DNA of 50,579 nucleotides from Acidilobaceae archaeon. Its GTDB lineage: Archaea > Thermoproteota > Thermoprotei_A > Sulfolobales > Acidilobaceae. Location of the stretch: positions 1 through 50,579 of the forward strand of contig JALVJB010000197.1 of assembly GCA_027034115.1 (NCBI GenBank), read 5' to 3'. Numbering within the stretch: the stretch's first letter is position 1; each line of letters begins with the position of its first letter. The notes under the pieces are model-generated. The model did no database searches. It was not told the DNA's origin and saw only the letters and a list, made by a program, of their open reading frames with translations. The translations under genes were made by a program, and so were the position numbers. Below, piece after piece: positions 46,754 to 50,579 of this stretch.

Positions 46754-47701
46754 TTAAATTAGCCTTATTGCTTCCAGACACTGGAGGTGCTCTATAATAT
46801 TAGAGAGTATTTCGGTAAAAGTCTCAGCCTTAGAGTATATATAGGGGCTCTTCTCTGAAAGCTTCTTGCTAGCCTCACGGATCCTGTCAAGAAGGGCAGT
46901 AGTGTTATCCAACCCGGAACCCTCTAATATATATTTCTTTATTTTTAAAAGTATTTGTATAATATTGTTGATTATCATGGCTGCTTCATCCTGGGGCAAG
47001 TCTATTTTTATGCTATGGAGGGTTTCGATTGTTCTTAGTGCTATCTTTGTTAGAGTCCAAAGATCCTTTGAAATTAGTTCATATAGCAACCGCTTTATTA
47101 TTTCATTATTCTCTTGAATGATTGAGCTGTCTTGTAATATTGCTCTCGTAATATCATTATATGCCTTGAGGGATTCATCTAGCAAGTTTCTAGTATCAAT
47201 AACTAGCTCTTTTTTGACTCCTTTATCGAGATACTCTTCCACACTACTTAAGATAAGAGTTAGATTTTCTATAAGTCTTGATAATAATTTAATTATTTTT
47301 TCATGGGTTTCTATATTTTCTATATATATTATTATTTTATTGTCCCTTATCTCATGCTCAGTTCCAGGAAGATCTCGGAGAGCCAGAATCAGTTTATTCA
47401 CTGTTGTCGCTTTTAGCTGGTTAAGATCCACTACTATTTTTTTATAATTAATAAAATATAAACATTTTATAATTTTTAATAAGGTGTCTTCCGGAATGTT
47501 ATCCACAGATAGTTCGAATGTACTTATTTCATCTTCAAAATTTTTAGGTCTTATTATAAGATAATGGTCTTTTAATTCAACAATCACCGTGTCGCCTGGC
47601 TTTAAACCCACCCTTTTAACCCACTTCTTGGGAAGTGTTACGATCAAGGAGCTGGTGCCTAATCTTTGAACCCTTCTCTCCTCTGAAGACCCGTGTGCCA
47701 C
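46754..47701 (-). CDS. AbrB/SpoVT-domain protein with a PhoU-like helical C-terminal domain (putative regulator)
   Basis: The N-terminus LGTSSLIVTLPKKWVKRVGLKPGDTVIVELKDHYLIIRP is a SpoVT-AbrB swapped-hairpin motif. The rest is a long helical repeat, as in archaeal PhoU-like regulators. The gene is low-GC. Confidence 0.7.
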   Translation of the reverse strand: MAHGSSEERRVQRLGTSSLIVTLPKKWVKRVGLKPGDTVIVELKDHYLIIRPKNFEDEISTFELSVDNIPEDTLLKIIKCLYFINYKKIVVDLNQLKATTVNKLILALRDLPGTEHEIRDNKIIIYIENIETHEKIIKLLSRLIENLTLILSSVEEYLDKGVKKELVIDTRNLLDESLKAYNDITRAILQDSSIIQENNEIIKRLLYELISKDLWTLTKIALRTIETLHSIKIDLPQDEAAMIINNIIQILLKIKKYILEGSGLDNTTALLDRIREASKKLSEKSPYIYSKAETFTEILSNIIEHLQCLEAIRLI

Positions 47702-47868
47702 CCCCAGACCCCTCGTATATATGCTCTACCTTATGAATATATGTTTAGAAGTAGTACATGTACTAAGCTAATAAAGCCGCTAACAAGAAGGGTCAATGAG
47801 AGGGATGCAATATCAGCCGACAACCGATACTTGGAGACCCTAACAGAGCGCTGCTCTCAAAGCCGGTT

Positions 47869-48774
47869 ATGGCTAAAGGCTGCGAGCTATGCTTTACAGG
47901 AGCTAAGAGCGTGATATTTATTACCGGGCTATGCGACGACGGATGCTACTATTGCCCAGTTAGCAGGGATAGACTCAATAGAGATGTATTTTATGTCAAC
48001 GAGGTCCCAGTCTCAACAGTTAGCGAGGTAATCCTCGAGCTAGCCCGTAGCGGGTCTCGGGGAGCTAGTATAACGGGAGGAGATCCACTAGTTAGAAGTG
48101 ATAGAACGGTTAAACTAGTGAGAGCAGTCAAGGAGCACTTTGGCGGCAATTTCCACATTCATCTTTATACCAGCGGTAGATATGCGACTATTGACGTGCT
48201 ACGGGCCCTTGACAAGGCCGGGCTAGACGAGATAAGATTCCACCCCACTAGAGCAGAATTCCTGTCGAGGGCAAAAGCAGCTAAAGAGAATACAAGCATG
48301 GCTGTCGGCATCGAGGTGCCAGTAGCCCCACACATAGAAGAATGGGTCAAGGATATAATCATGAGGGCTAATTCGCTCAGTCTCGACTTCGTAAACCTAA
48401 ACGAGATGGAGTTCGTAGAGCCAAATGCCAGAGCCCTTCTTGCCAGAGGGCTAAGGGAATCTCCCACTAGGCCATTTACAGTTAAGGGGTCTCTCGAAAC
48501 AGCCATTCGGATAATAAGCTGGGCCAAGGAGAGCGTGGAGATACCGGTTCACTTCTGCCCCGCCACCTTCAAGGATAATATTCAGACTCGGAATAGGCTC
48601 GTGATAGCTAGTCTCCGGGATCTAAGGTGGAACGAGGAACCATTAGCTTCTGGCACCCTGCTAGAGTACTCGTGTATAGCTGGGAAAGGAGTACTAGTTA
48701 AGAGGGAAGTATACCCTACCCCCAATAGGCGCCCCATTGTGGCTGAAGAGGTAGTCGGTGACTGCTCGGACTAA
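47869..48774 (+). CDS. radical SAM protein (PFL-activase-related, COG2108-like)
   Basis: The CDDGCYYC motif (Cx3Cx2C) sits near the N-terminus, followed by GASITGGDPL. The product is 301 aa. Confidence 0.8.
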   Translation: MAKGCELCFTGAKSVIFITGLCDDGCYYCPVSRDRLNRDVFYVNEVPVSTVSEVILELARSGSRGASITGGDPLVRSDRTVKLVRAVKEHFGGNFHIHLYTSGRYATIDVLRALDKAGLDEIRFHPTRAEFLSRAKAAKENTSMAVGIEVPVAPHIEEWVKDIIMRANSLSLDFVNLNEMEFVEPNARALLARGLRESPTRPFTVKGSLETAIRIISWAKESVEIPVHFCPATFKDNIQTRNRLVIASLRDLRWNEEPLASGTLLEYSCIAGKGVLVKREVYPTPNRRPIVAEEVVGDCSD

Positions 48775-48823
48775 ACATTTAGGCTCGAAGAGCTAACACG
48801 CCCGATCTCTCGGAGAGGAAAAC

Positions 48824-50122
48824 TTGGCCAGGATCCGGTATAGGCCTCCGAGAGGCTTCCGCGATTTTACCCCGGACATAATGATTCTAAGGAAGCAGCT
48901 ACTATCAAAGCTTGAAACCGTGTTCCAGAGGTACGGTTTCGATCCAATAGACACGCCGGCCGTCGAATACTGGGAAACCCTAGCTGGCAAGTACGGCGAG
49001 GAAGCCGAGAGCAGGCTCATCTGGAGGTTCCGGGATCCCTGGAGCAACAAGGACTACGCCCTGAGATACGATCTAACAGTGCCACTAGCCAGGTTCATTT
49101 CCAATCACCAGGACCTACCCCTGCCTTTCAAGAGATACCATATAGGCCCCGTCTGGAGGCATGAGGAACCACAGAAAGGGAGGTACAGGGAGTTTTACCA
49201 GTGCGATGCAGACATAGTGGGATCCCCCTACCCGGAAGCGGACGCTGAAATAGTAAATCTAACCGTCGACGCGCTCGCAGTGCTGGGCTTTGAGAAGGGC
49301 TATAGGGTTAGGCTGAATGACAGGAGGCTCCTAAGGGGGATCTATGAGGAGGAGCTGCAAATCGAGAATCCCTTACCAGTTTACAGAGCTGTGGATAAGC
49401 TGGATAAGATAGGGTTAGAGGGGGTTAGACGGGAGCTGGATAAGCTCGGATTGGAAGAGAACAAAATACTAAAAATTATTGAATTATTAAATCTCAGAGG
49501 GCACCCGGAAGAACTCATATCACTCATATCCAGGAAATACCAGGGTAACAAGGACGTCGAAAGCGCACTGGATCATTTATCCCAAATACTAGACCTCGTA
49601 AACACTCCAGGCTTCGTCGAATTAGACTTAAGCCTCGTGAGAGGACTAGATTATTATACAGGCCCAATAGTCGAGGTAGTCCTAGATAAACCCAGAATAG
49701 GAAGCGTCGCTGGAGGAGGAAGGTACGATAACCTAATACAATTATTCCTGGGCAAACAAATGCCAGCTACTGGGGTAAGCGTCGGAATCGAGAGAATAAT
49801 AGACGCCGGCCTAGAGCTAGGAATCTATCAGCTAGCCAGGAAAACAATCGCCAAGGCCCAAGTTATAGTCCTAGATCCGGCATATTACAAGTATGCATGG
49901 AAAATAGCAAACTTGTTGAGATCGCTCGGAATAAACACTAGGATAGACCTTTCGCGCGCAAAAGAGAGAACACAAAGGAAAAAGGCGCTACGCCAAGGAA
50001 TCCAATATCTAGTCTTCATCGGAAAGAAGGAGGCCGAGTCCGGCAAGGTCACGATATACGACTCGGCGACAGGGAAGAGAACAGAAGTGAGCGTTGACTC
50101 GCTGAGCCCAGAAATGTTCTAG
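48824..50122 (+). CDS. hisS: histidyl-tRNA synthetase
   Basis: PRGFRDF; motif 2 reads FKRYHIGPVWRHEEPQKGRYREFYQCD; and RGLDYYTGPIVE and GGGRYDNL are present. A C-terminal anticodon-binding domain follows. Confidence 0.9.
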   Translation: MARIRYRPPRGFRDFTPDIMILRKQLLSKLETVFQRYGFDPIDTPAVEYWETLAGKYGEEAESRLIWRFRDPWSNKDYALRYDLTVPLARFISNHQDLPLPFKRYHIGPVWRHEEPQKGRYREFYQCDADIVGSPYPEADAEIVNLTVDALAVLGFEKGYRVRLNDRRLLRGIYEEELQIENPLPVYRAVDKLDKIGLEGVRRELDKLGLEENKILKIIELLNLRGHPEELISLISRKYQGNKDVESALDHLSQILDLVNTPGFVELDLSLVRGLDYYTGPIVEVVLDKPRIGSVAGGGRYDNLIQLFLGKQMPATGVSVGIERIIDAGLELGIYQLARKTIAKAQVIVLDPAYYKYAWKIANLLRSLGINTRIDLSRAKERTQRKKALRQGIQYLVFIGKKEAESGKVTIYDSATGKRTEVSVDSLSPEMF

Positions 50123-50224
50123 GCTAGTGGTTTCTCTCATTCTATCCCGTTTTACTAATTCTCACATGCAATCTACGTATCTTTTAAGTGGGGGGAAACT
50201 TGTTTCCCACATGGTGTAAGGGTA

Positions 50225-50579
50225 TTGGCTCCTCAAAAAAGGTATGTAATATGGCTAGAAGAGGCGGGCAAAGAACTCCACGAGAAAGTGGGTGGTAAGG
50301 CGGCAGGACTAGGAGAAATGATCAAGGCTGGCATCCCCGTGCCGCCAGGATTTGTGGTCACCAGTGATGCCTACAAGGACTTCGTCCTCGAAACAGGGAT
50401 AGCCGGGTATATCAAGCACATACTAGAAACCGTGATTGTTAGCGGTAAGCCGCAGGAATACGAGAAAGCCAGCGAGCTCATCCGAAGCAAGTTCATGAGA
50501 GCAACAGTCCCCCACGCCATCAGGGAGCAGATAATAGAGGCATACCGTGAACTCGCTAAGAAGACCGGAGTGGAGAATC
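50225..50579 (+). CDS. ppsA: phosphoenolpyruvate synthase (pyruvate, water dikinase), 5' part running off the window
   Basis: The frame is open to the end of the window. It translates to ...YVIWLEEAGKELHEKVGGKAAGLGEMIKAGIPVPPGFVVTSDAYKDF, the canonical PpsA N-terminus. The TTG 50225 start is tentative. Confidence 0.8.
   Translation, partial: MAPQKRYVIWLEEAGKELHEKVGGKAAGLGEMIKAGIPVPPGFVVTSDAYKDFVLETGIAGYIKHILETVIVSGKPQEYEKASELIRSKFMRATVPHAIREQIIEAYRELAKKTGVEN

Overview
This is a chromosomal segment of a hyperthermophilic archaeon, most likely a crenarchaeote (Thermoprotei, Desulfurococcales-like). Supporting evidence is the archaeal secY-adk-DUF106-rpl34e-cmk-rpl14e-cbf5 cluster, the archaeal-type CoA genes (pantoate kinase and phosphopantothenate synthetase), a BHB intron inside cbf5, a Cren7/CC1-like small basic ORF, and heavy AGG/ATA/CTA codon use.

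The window is gene-dense (about 65 CDS) and mostly housekeeping or metabolic. It contains a CoA/NAD operon, AsnRS, HisRS and the start of PEP synthase. Energy metabolism is represented by indolepyruvate:ferredoxin oxidoreductase plus ADP-forming acyl-CoA synthetase, a two-subunit 2-oxoacid:ferredoxin oxidoreductase, EtfBA and a thiolase. Other calls include Hsp20, universal stress proteins, an ABC importer (permease and ATPase), and a six-gene MoxR-DUF58 operon. There are four tRNA genes, all on the minus strand with encoded CCA: Arg-UCU (with intron), Leu-UAG, Ser-UGA and Leu-GAG.

I found no rRNA, CRISPR array, transposase or integrase, and I see no clear novel multi-gene system such as a defence island. 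The most notable items are:
- the spliced cbf5 gene;
- a strongly over-represented, frame-independent and strand-biased motif, GAGGGWCCCCC(A) with core GGGWCCC, concentrated at 22-27.6 kb;
- a membrane-anchored protein with a clan-CD-like His/Cys arrangement;
- an unlisted 55-aa basic ORF behind a long AT-rich spacer;
- two small low-GC ORFan islets next to tRNA genes;
- a candidate C/D box sRNA.

All functional calls rest on recognising motifs in the translated ORFs. No database search was possible.
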